From sequence record SRR31156797_1106: a stretch of DNA of 64,000 nucleotides. One strand, 5' to 3'. A model generated the notes under the pieces. The model had not been told where the DNA came from. It saw only the letters and a program-made list of their open reading frames with translations, and did not search any database. Positions 1 to 9,564 of the stretch are shown here, piece after piece (position 1 is the first letter of the stretch; every line of letters begins with the position of its first letter). The position numbers and the translations under genes were made by a program.

Positions 1-30
1 GAAAACGCGACTGGCCGAAAGGTGAACAGG

Positions 31-57
31 GATTGACTCTTGGGTGCCGAGTGCTTA
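31..57 (+). promoter_or_regulatory. CIRCE-like (HrcA) operator overlapping the promoter
   Basis: gattgACTC-N9-GAGTGCTtA versus consensus TTAGCACTC-N9-GAGTGCTAA; right arm 8/9, exact 9-bp spacer, upstream of heat-shock protease genes. Confidence 0.6.
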
Positions 58-61
58 AAAT
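33..61 (+). promoter_or_regulatory. sigma70-type promoter of hslVU
   Basis: TTGACT (33-38), 17-bp spacer, TAAAAT (56-61), about 50 bp upstream of the hslV ATG. Confidence 0.75.
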
Positions 62-112
62 TGCCCAGCAATGTCACTTGTTACCAATGTTGATTATATC
101 TTTTAAAAAAAT

Positions 113-676
113 ATGAAAAAAATTCGATCTACAACTATAGTTGCCCTGCGCCATAAAGGTGAAGTCGTGGTTGCCGGGGACGGTCAGGTTACCCTGGGCG
201 CTACTGTCATAAAACATCAGGCAAAAAAGGTGCGCCGGCTGTATCATGATAAGGTTATCACCGGGTTTGCTGGTGCAACGGCTGACGCTTTTACCCTTTA
301 TGATCGCCTGGAGCAGAAGCTTGAACAGTTTAATGGCAACTTGATGAGAGCAGCGGTGGAACTTGCAAAGGATTGGCGAACAGATAAAATGCTGCGCCGT
401 CTTGAGGCAATGCTGGTAGCTGTGGATAGTAAATATTCACTGTTACTTTCCGGCAATGGTGACGTGATTGAAGCTGATGACGGTATCATTGCCATCGGTT
501 CCGGTGGCCCGTATGCGCAGGCTGCTGCAACGGCACTTGTTGCGCATTCTGACCTTGATGCACCCGCAATTGCCAGGAGCGCGCTTGAAATTGCCGGCTC
601 TATCTGTGTTTATACTAACTCCAATATTGTTGTTGAAAAGATAAATGATGAAAGGACTGAACTCACTCACCCCTAA
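113..676 (+). CDS. hslV: ATP-dependent protease subunit HslV
   Basis: N-terminal STTIVA (catalytic Thr), [26 protein letters not shown] motifs. Confidence 0.97.
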   Translation: MKKIRSTTIVALRHKGEVVVAGDGQVTLGATVIKHQAKKVRRLYHDKVITGFAGATADAFTLYDRLEQKLEQFNGNLMRAAVELAKDWRTDKMLRRLEAMLVAVDSKYSLLLSGNGDVIEADDGIIAIGSGGPYAQAAATALVAHSDLDAPAIARSALEIAGSICVYTNSNIVVEKINDERTELTHP

Positions 677-2069
677 GCAAACAGTAGCAGAGCTTGATCG
701 TTACATTATCGGTCAGGCTGATGCTAAACGATCGGTCGCAATCGCACTCCGTAACAGGTGGAGGCGGCAGCAGGTTGAATCACCCTTGCGGGAGGAAATT
801 GCTCCTAAAAATATTATCATGATCGGTCCCACCGGGGTTGGGAAAACAGAGATCGCACGGCGTCTAGCCCATTTGGCCCAAAGCCCCTTTCTTAAGGTGG
901 AAGCCTCCAAGTTCACCGAGGTCGGTTATGTTGGCCGGGATGTGGAATCAATGGTCAGGGATCTTACCCAGTTGGCTGTAAACATGGTGACCAAGGAAGA
1001 AGAGGGAGGGGTTCAAGAACAGGCAGAGATGCAGGCAGAAGAACGCCTACTTGATTTGCTGCTGCCCCGTGTACCACAGAGGCCTGTCTCTCCACCTGGT
1101 CGGGGTGATAGTTCCGCAGTCGTTTCCTTAGGCTATGATGGTGATGATTCCGCCGCATCAGCCCATCAGCGAGAATCAGGATCAACCAGAGAGCGGTTTC
1201 GCCAGATGTTGAGGAATGGGGAACTTAACGATCGAATGGTGGAACTAGATGTTGCCAGTACCCCGTCTGGTGCCCCTATGGTTGAGGTTTTTTCAGCTTC
1301 TGGGATGGAAGACATGCAAAATTCCCTGCAAGATGCCTTTTCTAAATTTTTTCCGAAAAAGAAGCAGAGTCGAAAAATGAAGGTACCTGAGGCTCTTGAA
1401 TTTTTAAATAAGGAAGAAGCTGAACGATTGGTCGATAATGAAAGCATCACTGAAAAAGCAGTTCGTCGTACCGAACAGTCTGGGATAATTTTTCTTGACG
1501 AGATTGATAAAATTGCCTCTCGTGGAGGAACTGGGTCCGGGTCACCGGAAGTGTCAAGAGAGGGGGTGCAGCGAGATTTATTACCCATTGTTGAGGGGGC
1601 AACCGTTACCACTAAGTACGGTCCAGTGAAAACCGATCATATCCTTTTTATTGCAAGCGGAGCGTTTCATGTCTGTAAACCCTCAGACCTGGTTCCCGAA
1701 CTGCAGGGACGCTTCCCTATCCGGGTAAACCTCAATGCCCTTGGCGAGGACGAATTTTTCCGTATTTTGACAGAGCCGCAGGGCGCGCTGGTCAAACAGT
1801 ACAAAGCTCTTCTTGCCACAGAAGATATTCATACAGTTTTTGAGGAAGAGGCTATTCGGGAAATGGCCAAAATTGCTGTCCATGTCAATCAGAAGACGGA
1901 AGATATCGGTGCTCGTAGACTTCATACGATCATGGAAAGGGTGCTTGATGAGGTGTCCTTTGACGCTTCCGAACGAGAGGATCTTGCTTTTACTGTTACT
2001 GCCGAGTATGTACGTAAGCAACTGACGGATATAGCTGATAACGAGGACCTTAGCCGCTATATCTTGTAG
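645..2069 (+). CDS. hslU: ATP-dependent protease ATPase subunit HslU
   Basis: [13 protein letters not shown] Walker A, GYVG pore loop, FLDEIDK Walker B, C-terminal DLSRYIL; start 645 or 648. Confidence 0.97.
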   Translation: MMKGLNSLTPKQTVAELDRYIIGQADAKRSVAIALRNRWRRQQVESPLREEIAPKNIIMIGPTGVGKTEIARRLAHLAQSPFLKVEASKFTEVGYVGRDVESMVRDLTQLAVNMVTKEEEGGVQEQAEMQAEERLLDLLLPRVPQRPVSPPGRGDSSAVVSLGYDGDDSAASAHQRESGSTRERFRQMLRNGELNDRMVELDVASTPSGAPMVEVFSASGMEDMQNSLQDAFSKFFPKKKQSRKMKVPEALEFLNKEEAERLVDNESITEKAVRRTEQSGIIFLDEIDKIASRGGTGSGSPEVSREGVQRDLLPIVEGATVTTKYGPVKTDHILFIASGAFHVCKPSDLVPELQGRFPIRVNLNALGEDEFFRILTEPQGALVKQYKALLATEDIHTVFEEEAIREMAKIAVHVNQKTEDIGARRLHTIMERVLDEVSFDASEREDLAFTVTAEYVRKQLTDIADNEDLSRYIL

Positions 2070-2104
2070 AAGTCGTCTTATTTCTGTTGAAGTTAACCAA
2101 AATT

Positions 2105-2143
2105 GAAAAGGGGGCCGGATCTGTATAAGAACGGCCCCCTTTC
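2105..2143 (+). terminator. intrinsic terminator after hslU
   Basis: aaagggggccg ... cggccccctttc GC-rich stem just downstream of the stop codon. Confidence 0.7.
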
Positions 2144-2164
2144 TGTATAGAAGGAAAGAATAGG

Positions 2165-2417
2165 CTAGTCCATATTTCTTATGAACTTTTTGATTTTAAA
2201 TTCAATTAACTGATATTGTTATTTAAAGTGTAAATATACATTTAGCAGTGTGTTCTTCGTTATAAATCAAAAAGTTCTCCCTTTGGGTCAATAGATTTTT
2301 CCGCAGGAGCTACGTTACAAGCCACTTGCGGTAGCATGCTACCGGAGTCTTCGCTATCTGCTACGCGGCTTGTACCATGCCCTGCGAAAAACTTTATTGG
2401 TGAGAAATCCGGGCTAG
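2165..2417. mobile_element. putative non-autonomous structured element (MITE-like)
   Basis: CTAG at both ends, imperfect terminal inverted repeats (13/17), internal 14-bp perfect inverted repeat and a second nested long hairpin with a 16-bp palindrome; no transposase. Confidence 0.55.
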
Positions 2418-2449
2418 ACAAGCTTTCCGGGGCCAGAGATAAAAGGATT

Positions 2450-2937
2450 ATGCTTGAGTAAACAGAGCCTGATTTGAAATATTGCCTTGAGTACTGTAAA
2501 AAAAATCGATTTGAAATCAAATTATGTGCAACCTGCGGAAAAGAGCTTGTTACCGTGAGAACCGTGGAAAAAATAATACCCAGCAAAAGCGGCAACAACA
2601 TATAAGCTCAAATGAAATCACACCAAGTGAGCAAGTGGTAAGTGTACGCAACGGGCTGACCTTGCAGATTAACAGCTATGCAGGCCTACCTTTTGCAAAG
2701 ATCCGTCCCGTCCCTGGTAATTTAGGAGCAAGGGGAAATTGTGGAAAGGGGTGTTGTGGTAGTGAGTTACTGCTTCAGGTAAGACGTGATGATATTGAAG
2801 AAGTTTTGACCATCCTGGAACAGGAATATCGAATAAAAACAGGCCTGGAGTATTTTGATACCACTTATGCGGCTGCTGTGTATGATGCCACCGCTGAGCA
2901 GGCTACCTGTCCTGATTGTGGCCTTTGTTTTGAATAA
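2450..2937 (+). pseudogene. degraded gene for a Cys-rich (Zn-ribbon-like) hypothetical protein
   Basis: AAGGA RBS and ATG 2450, stop at codon 4; coding-like blocks in three frames (LKYC...CATCG; EITPSEQVVSVR; MQAYLLQRSVPSLVI*; CGKGCCGSELLLQVRRDD...TCPDCGLCFE). Confidence 0.7.
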
Positions 2938-3127
2938 CGGTGGAAAGTATCTGTTGAGCAATAGGACAAAAACCAGCAAAGAAAATCGTTTTTGTTCTAT
3001 TGCATAACAGGGCTGTTACGGTTTAGGCTGTTTAAGTGAAAGTCCTTTGTTGCTGGAAAAATGTGTTACCTGAGAGCCGACTTTCATTGCTTTTTTGTGT
3101 CTAGGTAACCTGGGCCAGCCACGCTGG

Positions 3128-3406
3128 TTAGTATCGTGGACGGCGCTTGGTACGTTTGTTTCGTTTTTGGGGCTGCACTTGATTGACTTTTATTTCCCGC
3201 CCTTTAAACATACTTTTGTTTAACGATTTAATGGCCGCATCAGCTTCTGAATTGCTGGGCATTTCTACAAAAGCAAATCCCTTTGGCCGGCCTGAATATC
3301 GATCCATTATCAGACGAGCGCTGGCAACTTCACCAAACTCTGAAAAGAGAACCTCAAGGTCATTTTCGTTTACATCAAAGGGTAATTGACCCACATAAAT
3401 ATTCAT
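3128..3406 (-). CDS. RRM-domain RNA-binding protein
   Basis: NIYVGQL (RNP2), KGFAFVEM (RNP1), basic tail; AGGAGA RBS before ATG 3406. Confidence 0.93.
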   Translation of the reverse strand: MNIYVGQLPFDVNENDLEVLFSEFGEVASARLIMDRYSGRPKGFAFVEMPSNSEADAAIKSLNKSMFKGREIKVNQVQPQKRNKRTKRRPRY

Positions 3407-3511
3407 AATCACTCTCCTCAGATGAGTTTTATCGTGCACGTGTACGCTGGCACTTGATGTGGCAGCACAGGGACTCCCTGTCCTTTGCCTTTTTTTATAA
3501 CTTGATGGATG

Positions 3512-5221
3512 TTATTTCCTCCTGGTTTTGTTGGCGCCCTTAAAGAAACGAGGATTACCTTTTTGGGCTGGCTTGTTGGATCGTCCTTTTGAGGCAACCT
3601 CAATGGAAACGGGTTTGCCATTAATAGTAATAGCCTGAAAGGCACTGAGAACCTGGGGGATATATTTACTGTCTGCCTCGATAAGGGCAGAATTTCTCAT
3701 TATTTCTATTTTTCCCACCTTGATGCGCCCTCCACCGGGAGCCTCGTTGATGGCACCGATCAGTCTTTGCGGCATTATGCCGTCTCGGCGACCAACATTG
3801 AGGAAAAAACGGGTAAACTGTTGGTTACGATCAGTGTGTCGAGCGTGAAGATTTCGCCTACCATCCCTTCTTTCATTCCCGCCTTTGCCTCTGTCCGAAG
3901 CATTGAGATCAGGTGCATTGCGGTAATATTTGAGTAATTGGTTGAATTCAAGGGAGAGGAATTTTTTAATAAGTTCTTCACGGTCATAGGATGCAAGCAG
4001 CTCTGCCACCTCTGTGTAGAGTGGGTCTATCTGCGCGCTATCCACTTCTACTTTACTAACAGTGTCGACAAGGTTGAGCAGTTGTTTTTGACAGATCACA
4101 GTGCCTGAAGGGACTTTGCACTGGATAAATTTCTTTTTAATCTTTTTCTCAATTTCCCTAATTTTATACCGCTCTCTGGGGTTTACAATAGCGACTGAAA
4201 TTCCTTTGCGTCCGGCTCTACCTGTTCGGCCACTGCGGTGGGTATAGTTGGAAAAATCATCAGGGAGGTTGTAGTTAACCACATGGGTTAAATCGTTGAC
4301 GTCAAGACCACGGGCTGCAACATCTGTGGCGACAAGAATCTGAAGATGCTTAGAACGAAATTTACCCATGACCAGATCCCTCTGTGCCTGGGAAAGATCG
4401 CCATGCAATGCGTCCGCATTGTAGTTGTCTTGGATCAATTTGTTTGCTATTTCCTGAGTTTCCAGCCTGGTCCGACAGAAAACAATGGAATAGTTGCCCG
4501 GTGCATTGTCGAGGATTCTTTTTAAAGCCGGGTAACGATTTTGGTGATGTACTGTGTAATACTCATGGCGCACGTTTTCCGCTCCAGCATTACGCTTACC
4601 CACTGTTACTTCGGCGGGATTAGTCATGTATTTGCTGGCTATTGCTGCGACTTCTCTGGGCATGGTGGCAGAAAAGAGCAAAGTGTTTTTTTCTGCGGGA
4701 GTCTGTTCCAAGATTGCATTAATTTCATCTTGAAAGCCCATTTGCAGCATTTCATCGGCTTCATCAAAAACAACATATCGAATATGGGATATATCGACTC
4801 TCCCTCTTCGAATGAGGTCGTTAAGGCGTCCCGGGGTTGCAACTATAATTTGTGCACCCTTTCGAAGGGCCTGCATTTGTTGTTCAATGCGAGCACCGCC
4901 ATAAATGGAAAGGATGTTTAATTTGCGTATGTTTTTGGCGTAATCCTGCAAATCTCTGGCAACTTGAACGCATAACTCTCTCGTTGGACACAGAACCAGC
5001 ATTTGCGTGTTTTTGCTGCTGTATTCTGTCAATTGGATCAGGGGGAGGCCAAATGCGGCTGTCTTTCCTGTTCCAGTCTGAGCGAGACTGATGAGGTCGC
5101 CTTGCTTTTCTAGCAGCAAAGGGATGACTTCGCTCTGGATGGGGGTAGGGGTGACGATTCCCAAGGAATCAAGTCCCTGTACAATTTCGTCTTTAATGCC
5201 AAGATCTGAGAATGTTGTCAT
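3512..5221 (-). CDS. DEAD-box RNA helicase (DeaD/CsdA-like with C-terminal RNA-binding domain)
   Basis: AQTGTGKT, PTREL, DEAD, SAT, ARGLD, HRSGRTGR; start placed at MTTFSDLG. Confidence 0.95.
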   Translation of the reverse strand: MTTFSDLGIKDEIVQGLDSLGIVTPTPIQSEVIPLLLEKQGDLISLAQTGTGKTAAFGLPLIQLTEYSSKNTQMLVLCPTRELCVQVARDLQDYAKNIRKLNILSIYGGARIEQQMQALRKGAQIIVATPGRLNDLIRRGRVDISHIRYVVFDEADEMLQMGFQDEINAILEQTPAEKNTLLFSATMPREVAAIASKYMTNPAEVTVGKRNAGAENVRHEYYTVHHQNRYPALKRILDNAPGNYSIVFCRTRLETQEIANKLIQDNYNADALHGDLSQAQRDLVMGKFRSKHLQILVATDVAARGLDVNDLTHVVNYNLPDDFSNYTHRSGRTGRAGRKGISVAIVNPRERYKIREIEKKIKKKFIQCKVPSGTVICQKQLLNLVDTVSKVEVDSAQIDPLYTEVAELLASYDREELIKKFLSLEFNQLLKYYRNAPDLNASDRGKGGNERRDGRRNLHARHTDRNQQFTRFFLNVGRRDGIMPQRLIGAINEAPGGGRIKVGKIEIMRNSALIEADSKYIPQVLSAFQAITINGKPVSIEVASKGRSNKPAQKGNPRFFKGANKTRRK

Positions 5222-5290
5222 GAGATATATAAAAAGGAAATGGGTGGTATTTGGTAGTAAGGTGATTTGGGGAAACACCGCTGTGTCCCC

Positions 5291-5324
5291 AAAAAAAATG
5301 CCCTGCTCTGAAAGCAGGGCATTT
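5291..5324 (-). terminator. intrinsic terminator between csp and the helicase gene
   Basis: 12-bp stem aaatgccctgct/agcagggcattt with a U-run on the minus strand. Confidence 0.8.
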
Positions 5325-5349
5325 GAAGGTCGTTTGTTTTAGAAAGAGT

Positions 5350-5550
5350 TTACAGCTGTACTACATTGGCTGCTGCCGGCCCTTTCTGGCCGTCTACTAC
5401 TTCAAACTGTACTTGAGCGCCTTCATCAAGTGTTTTGTAACTATCTGATTGGATGGCAGAGTAATGGACAAATATATCAGAACCATTTTCCTGCTCAATA
5501 AAACCAAAACCCTTTGACGCGTTAAACCACTTTACAATACCGTTGTTCAA
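5350..5550 (-). CDS. cold-shock protein (CspA family)
   Basis: [30 protein letters not shown]; probable TTG start at 5550 with AGAAAGGA RBS. Confidence 0.95.
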   Translation of the reverse strand: MNNGIVKWFNASKGFGFIEQENGSDIFVHYSAIQSDSYKTLDEGAQVQFEVVDGQKGPAAANVVQL

Positions 5551-5629
5551 TTCTTTTGTTTCCTTTCTGCTGGCCTTTGGGACGGCCATTTCATTGATTG
5601 AGGATATTATATAAATATTGTCATGATAT

Positions 5630-5671
5630 AAAAAAACCGTCCGAAGCTCCTCTAAAGAGCATTGGACGGTT
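5630..5671 (-). terminator. terminator-like hairpin upstream of csp
   Basis: aaccgtcc/ggacggtt stem with inner gctc/gagc, followed by U7 on the minus strand. Confidence 0.6.
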
Positions 5672-5964
5672 AAGAAGACAATCTCTCAACATGAAAAACT
5701 AATACCCTACTTCACTTGGTATTAATACTCTATATTAATTAAAAAGCAAGCACTTTTTATTGGATTCAAGTCGGCGAAGGAGTCAGGAGGAAACAATTAT
5801 AACTTCTGCACCCTCAGCCACCTGTAATTATAGGTGGCTAAGGATGCGATGTTTTTTAATTATTTCATTGAACAGCCGTTTTAAAAAGAGCTAGGTCTGG
5901 TATTGGGGGTATCTCAACAGGTGGCAACCGTAATGCCAGAGATTATCTGGCGTGAAAACTGGTT

Positions 5965-8900
5965 TTATGCCTGAGCTTTTTTGTTATAACCAAATTTTCC
6001 ATTTCCATTCCCCCGCCGTTTTATTTCTGGGGACTTCATGCGCAATGAAAGGGTCCGACTCCCGCATAAGTCAACTACCTCTCGGATAAAATCAGGGCAG
6101 GATTTTACGGTCAGATCCTTGAGGATATCGATATCGACCTCTCCCCTCCCGTCAAAGTGAAGGGTTAGGTGCAGCGGGGTGAGGCCGTGATATTTATATA
6201 GGATTTCCTTAAGTTGGGTTAAGTGCTGACGTGAGGTGGCATCAGCCTGCAAGGTTATCACAGCTTTTTCAGTATACTTTTCCATGGCTCGTTGAACCAA
6301 GTTGATTTCCTGTGCTATTATTTTGGCCCCTCGCTCCCCTTGCTGTACCGTTCCCAGGACCACCAATGGTAGATCACTTTTGAGGATCTCCGAACATTCA
6401 GCAAAGGTGGATGGGAAGACAATAACCTCGATCTCGCCTGTCATATCTTCAATTGAAGTGAAGGCCATTCTATCGCCTTTTTTTGATTTGTGATCCTTGT
6501 AACTGGAGATGAGTCCACCTATACGGATAGGTTGACCATCGCGCCAAGTGGTGGCGTTTTCAACATCGGTATCAGTGATCATGCTCATTTCCTCTTTAAT
6601 GCCTTCCAGTGGATGGCCGGTGAGGAAAAAGCCGACAGTGTCTTTTTCGTATGCAAGTTTTTTTAATTCAGGCCATTCATCTATTTTTGGAAGGGTGATT
6701 TCTGTTGAACTTGTAGATTCAGTCTGGCTTCCTAAAGCAAAGAGGCTCATTTGACCGCTCATACGATCACGTTGAATCGCCTTAGCCTGCTCAAGTGCGT
6801 GGTCAAGAACCTCCATAAACTGGGAGCGGTTGCCTTTCATGGAATCAAATGCCCCTGCTTTAATGAGGCTTTCAATGACTTTTCGGTTTACCCTGCTGCC
6901 ATCAATGCGGCTGCAGAAAACACCCAAAGAGGCAAAAGGTCCATTTTCCTTGCGCTCTTCCAGGATGGAATCAAGGGCTGCTCCACCAACGTTTTTCACG
7001 GCTGCAAGACCGAACCTGATGCGATCCTTGATAACCGTAAAGTCATGATACGACTCGTTGATATCGGGTGGCAGCACGTCAATATTGTTCTGTTTACATT
7101 CCGAAATATACTTGACCACCTTATCAGTATTATCAACATCGCAGGAAAGCAGAGCAGCCAGGAATTGGGACGGATAGTGGGCTTTAAGGTAGGCCGTTTG
7201 ATAGGCAATAAGGGCATACGCTGCTGAATGGGACTTGTTGAAGCCGTATCCTGCAAACTTGGCCATAAGGTCAAAGATGTACTTGGCTTTTTTTTCTGGA
7301 ACATTGAGCTTTTCAGCGCCAGCCATGAATTTTTCCCGCTCCTCTTCCATGACCTCTGGGATTTTTTTGCCCATGGCCCTGCGGAGGATATCTGCATCTC
7401 CCAGGCTGTACCCTGCAAGAATGTTGGAAATCTTCATGACCTGTTCCTGGTAGACAATAACGCCGTAAGTCTCTTCCAAGACAGGTTTTATCTGTGGTAG
7501 AGGGTAGTCTGGTAACTGCCTGCCATGTTTGGTTTCAACAAAAGTGTCAACCATGCCGGAGTCCAATGGTCCAGGGCGATAAAGGGCAACCAGGGCGATG
7601 AGATCGGTGAACTGCTCTGGGTGCATCTTGATCAGCAATTCACGCATCCCATCACTTTCCAATTGAAAAACACCGAGGCTGTCTCCGCGGCAGAGCAGAT
7701 CGTAACTCTTTGCATCATCCATGGGGATTTTGCTAAGCTCAATTTCTTTACCGACATCGTAGGCTATAAGTTTTAAGGCACGATCTATGACTGTAAGGGT
7801 CTTTAAGCCGAGGAAATCGAACTTTATGAGCCCGGTCTTCTCGGTGTACTTCATGTCGTATTGGGTCAGGATTTCCTTTTTTGGCCCGATACAGACAGGC
7901 AGGTAATCAACCAGAGGTGTTGGAGATATAACGACCCCGGCAGCATGGGTGGACTTATGGCGGGAAAGTCCCTCCAGGGTTTGTGCTACTGTGAGCAATT
8001 CCCGGACGTCATCATCCTTCATCGCGTCCTTGAGGCGAGGCTCTTTTTCGATTGCCTTTTTCAGGGTGATTTTCATTTCGTCTGGGACCAGTTTTGCAAT
8101 CCGGTCCACTACTGGAAGGGGGATTTCCAGTACTCGGCCAACATCACGCAGAACAGCCCTTGCCTTCATGGAACCGTAAGCAACAATTTGGGCGACATAG
8201 TCGTCACCCCCATATTTTCTGCGGACGTACTCAATGACTTCGTCTCTTCTATCCTTGCAGAAATCGACATCAAAGTCGGGCATGGACATGCGCTCTACAT
8301 TAAGGAATCGCTCAAAAATGAGTCCATAGGGAATGGGGTCTATGTCAGTGATGAACATGCAGAAAGCAGCCAGGCTTCCGGCTCCGGACCCACGCCCTGG
8401 TCCGACTGGAATATTATGCTCCTTTGCCCAGGTGATAAAGTCGGCAACAATAAGGAAGTACCCTGAAAACCCCATTGTTTTAATGACCTCGATCTCCATG
8501 ATCAGACGGTCTTTGTACGTCTTTTCCAGTTCCGGCGTGACCTCCTGCAATTCATGGAGGTGGTCAAGCCTAGTTCGTAAACCTTCCCAACAGGTTTTTT
8601 CAAATACACTCTCCAGGGAATCTTCTTCAGGGATAGGGAAAATGGGGAAATAGTTGGTATCGAACTTCAACTCCAGATTGCAGCGTTCAGCAACTTCAAG
8701 AGTGTTGGTAACCGCCTCTGGGCAGTAACTGAACTGGTTGGCAATCTCCTCTGCGGATTTAAAATACAGTTCCTGGGTGGGGAAACGGAACCGGTTGGGA
8801 TCTGTAATGGTCTTCCCGGTCTGGATGGAGAGCAGGACTTCATGGGCATAGGATTCTTCTTTGGTTAGGTAGTGGCAATCATTGGTGGCCACCAGCTTGA

Positions 8901-9492
8901 CCCCGAGTTCCTCGCCAAGCTCCATAATACCTTTGTTGGCAATGGTCTGTTCGACAATGCCGTTTTCCTGCATCTCGAAGTAGAGCCTGTCCCCAAAGAC
9001 TTGTTGTACTTCCTTTGCCTTGGCTCTGGCTCCGTTCATGTCATTGTGGGTAATTCTCCATGGGATTTCGCCGTGGAGACAGGCTGTGAGGACAATCAGG
9101 CCTTCGTTATGCTTGTAGAGAGTCTTGAAATCGATACGGGGCTTATAATAAAAGCCAAACCGCTGGGCTATGGATGTGAGTTTCATCAGGTTTGCATAAC
9201 CAACGGCGTTGGCTGCTAGTGCAACCAGATGAAAGTTGTGGCCGGCAGAACGGTCATGGATGTCCATTCCATTTTCGGCCATGTAAAATTCGCAGCCCAC
9301 AAGCGGTTTTATTCCTGCTTTGGTGGCTTTTTCGTAAAACTCAAGGGCCCCGTACATAGCGCCGTGGTCAGTGACGGCAACTGCTGACATGTCGAGTTCA
9401 TGAGTTCTATCGAGAAGATCTTTGAGACGGATGGCACCGTCGAGCATGGAGTATTGGGTGTGGACGTGAAGGTGAACAAATGGTGCAGACAT
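5965..9492 (-). CDS. dnaE: DNA polymerase III alpha subunit
   Basis: PHP domain HLHVHTQYS, GRGSGAGS, MPDFDVD, KFDFLGL, FNKSH, OB fold. Confidence 0.97.
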   Translation of the reverse strand: MSAPFVHLHVHTQYSMLDGAIRLKDLLDRTHELDMSAVAVTDHGAMYGALEFYEKATKAGIKPLVGCEFYMAENGMDIHDRSAGHNFHLVALAANAVGYANLMKLTSIAQRFGFYYKPRIDFKTLYKHNEGLIVLTACLHGEIPWRITHNDMNGARAKAKEVQQVFGDRLYFEMQENGIVEQTIANKGIMELGEELGVKLVATNDCHYLTKEESYAHEVLLSIQTGKTITDPNRFRFPTQELYFKSAEEIANQFSYCPEAVTNTLEVAERCNLELKFDTNYFPIFPIPEEDSLESVFEKTCWEGLRTRLDHLHELQEVTPELEKTYKDRLIMEIEVIKTMGFSGYFLIVADFITWAKEHNIPVGPGRGSGAGSLAAFCMFITDIDPIPYGLIFERFLNVERMSMPDFDVDFCKDRRDEVIEYVRRKYGGDDYVAQIVAYGSMKARAVLRDVGRVLEIPLPVVDRIAKLVPDEMKITLKKAIEKEPRLKDAMKDDDVRELLTVAQTLEGLSRHKSTHAAGVVISPTPLVDYLPVCIGPKKEILTQYDMKYTEKTGLIKFDFLGLKTLTVIDRALKLIAYDVGKEIELSKIPMDDAKSYDLLCRGDSLGVFQLESDGMRELLIKMHPEQFTDLIALVALYRPGPLDSGMVDTFVETKHGRQLPDYPLPQIKPVLEETYGVIVYQEQVMKISNILAGYSLGDADILRRAMGKKIPEVMEEEREKFMAGAEKLNVPEKKAKYIFDLMAKFAGYGFNKSHSAAYALIAYQTAYLKAHYPSQFLAALLSCDVDNTDKVVKYISECKQNNIDVLPPDINESYHDFTVIKDRIRFGLAAVKNVGGAALDSILEERKENGPFASLGVFCSRIDGSRVNRKVIESLIKAGAFDSMKGNRSQFMEVLDHALEQAKAIQRDRMSGQMSLFALGSQTESTSSTEITLPKIDEWPELKKLAYEKDTVGFFLTGHPLEGIKEEMSMITDTDVENATTWRDGQPIRIGGLISSYKDHKSKKGDRMAFTSIEDMTGEIEVIVFPSTFAECSEILKSDLPLVVLGTVQQGERGAKIIAQEINLVQRAMEKYTEKAVITLQADATSRQHLTQLKEILYKYHGLTPLHLTLHFDGRGEVDIDILKDLTVKSCPDFIREVVDLCGSRTLSLRMKSPEIKRRGNGNGKFGYNKKAQA

Positions 9493-9564
9493 AGGCAGAG
9501 AAGGAATTGTAAGGATTGAGTGGGGTAATGGAGATTTGTCTGTTTTGTTGCTAGTTGTGACTGG

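Noticed and set aside
645..676. 29-32 bp overlap of hslV and hslU
   Set aside because: Explained by a short C-terminal extension of HslV; both genes look intact.
2260..2601. 113-aa minus-strand ORF
   Set aside because: Runs antisense through the pseudogene and the structured element; no recognisable motif.
5808..5847. 16-bp hairpin downstream of dnaE
   Set aside because: Pairs best on the minus strand after the dnaE stop; most simply a 3' end structure.
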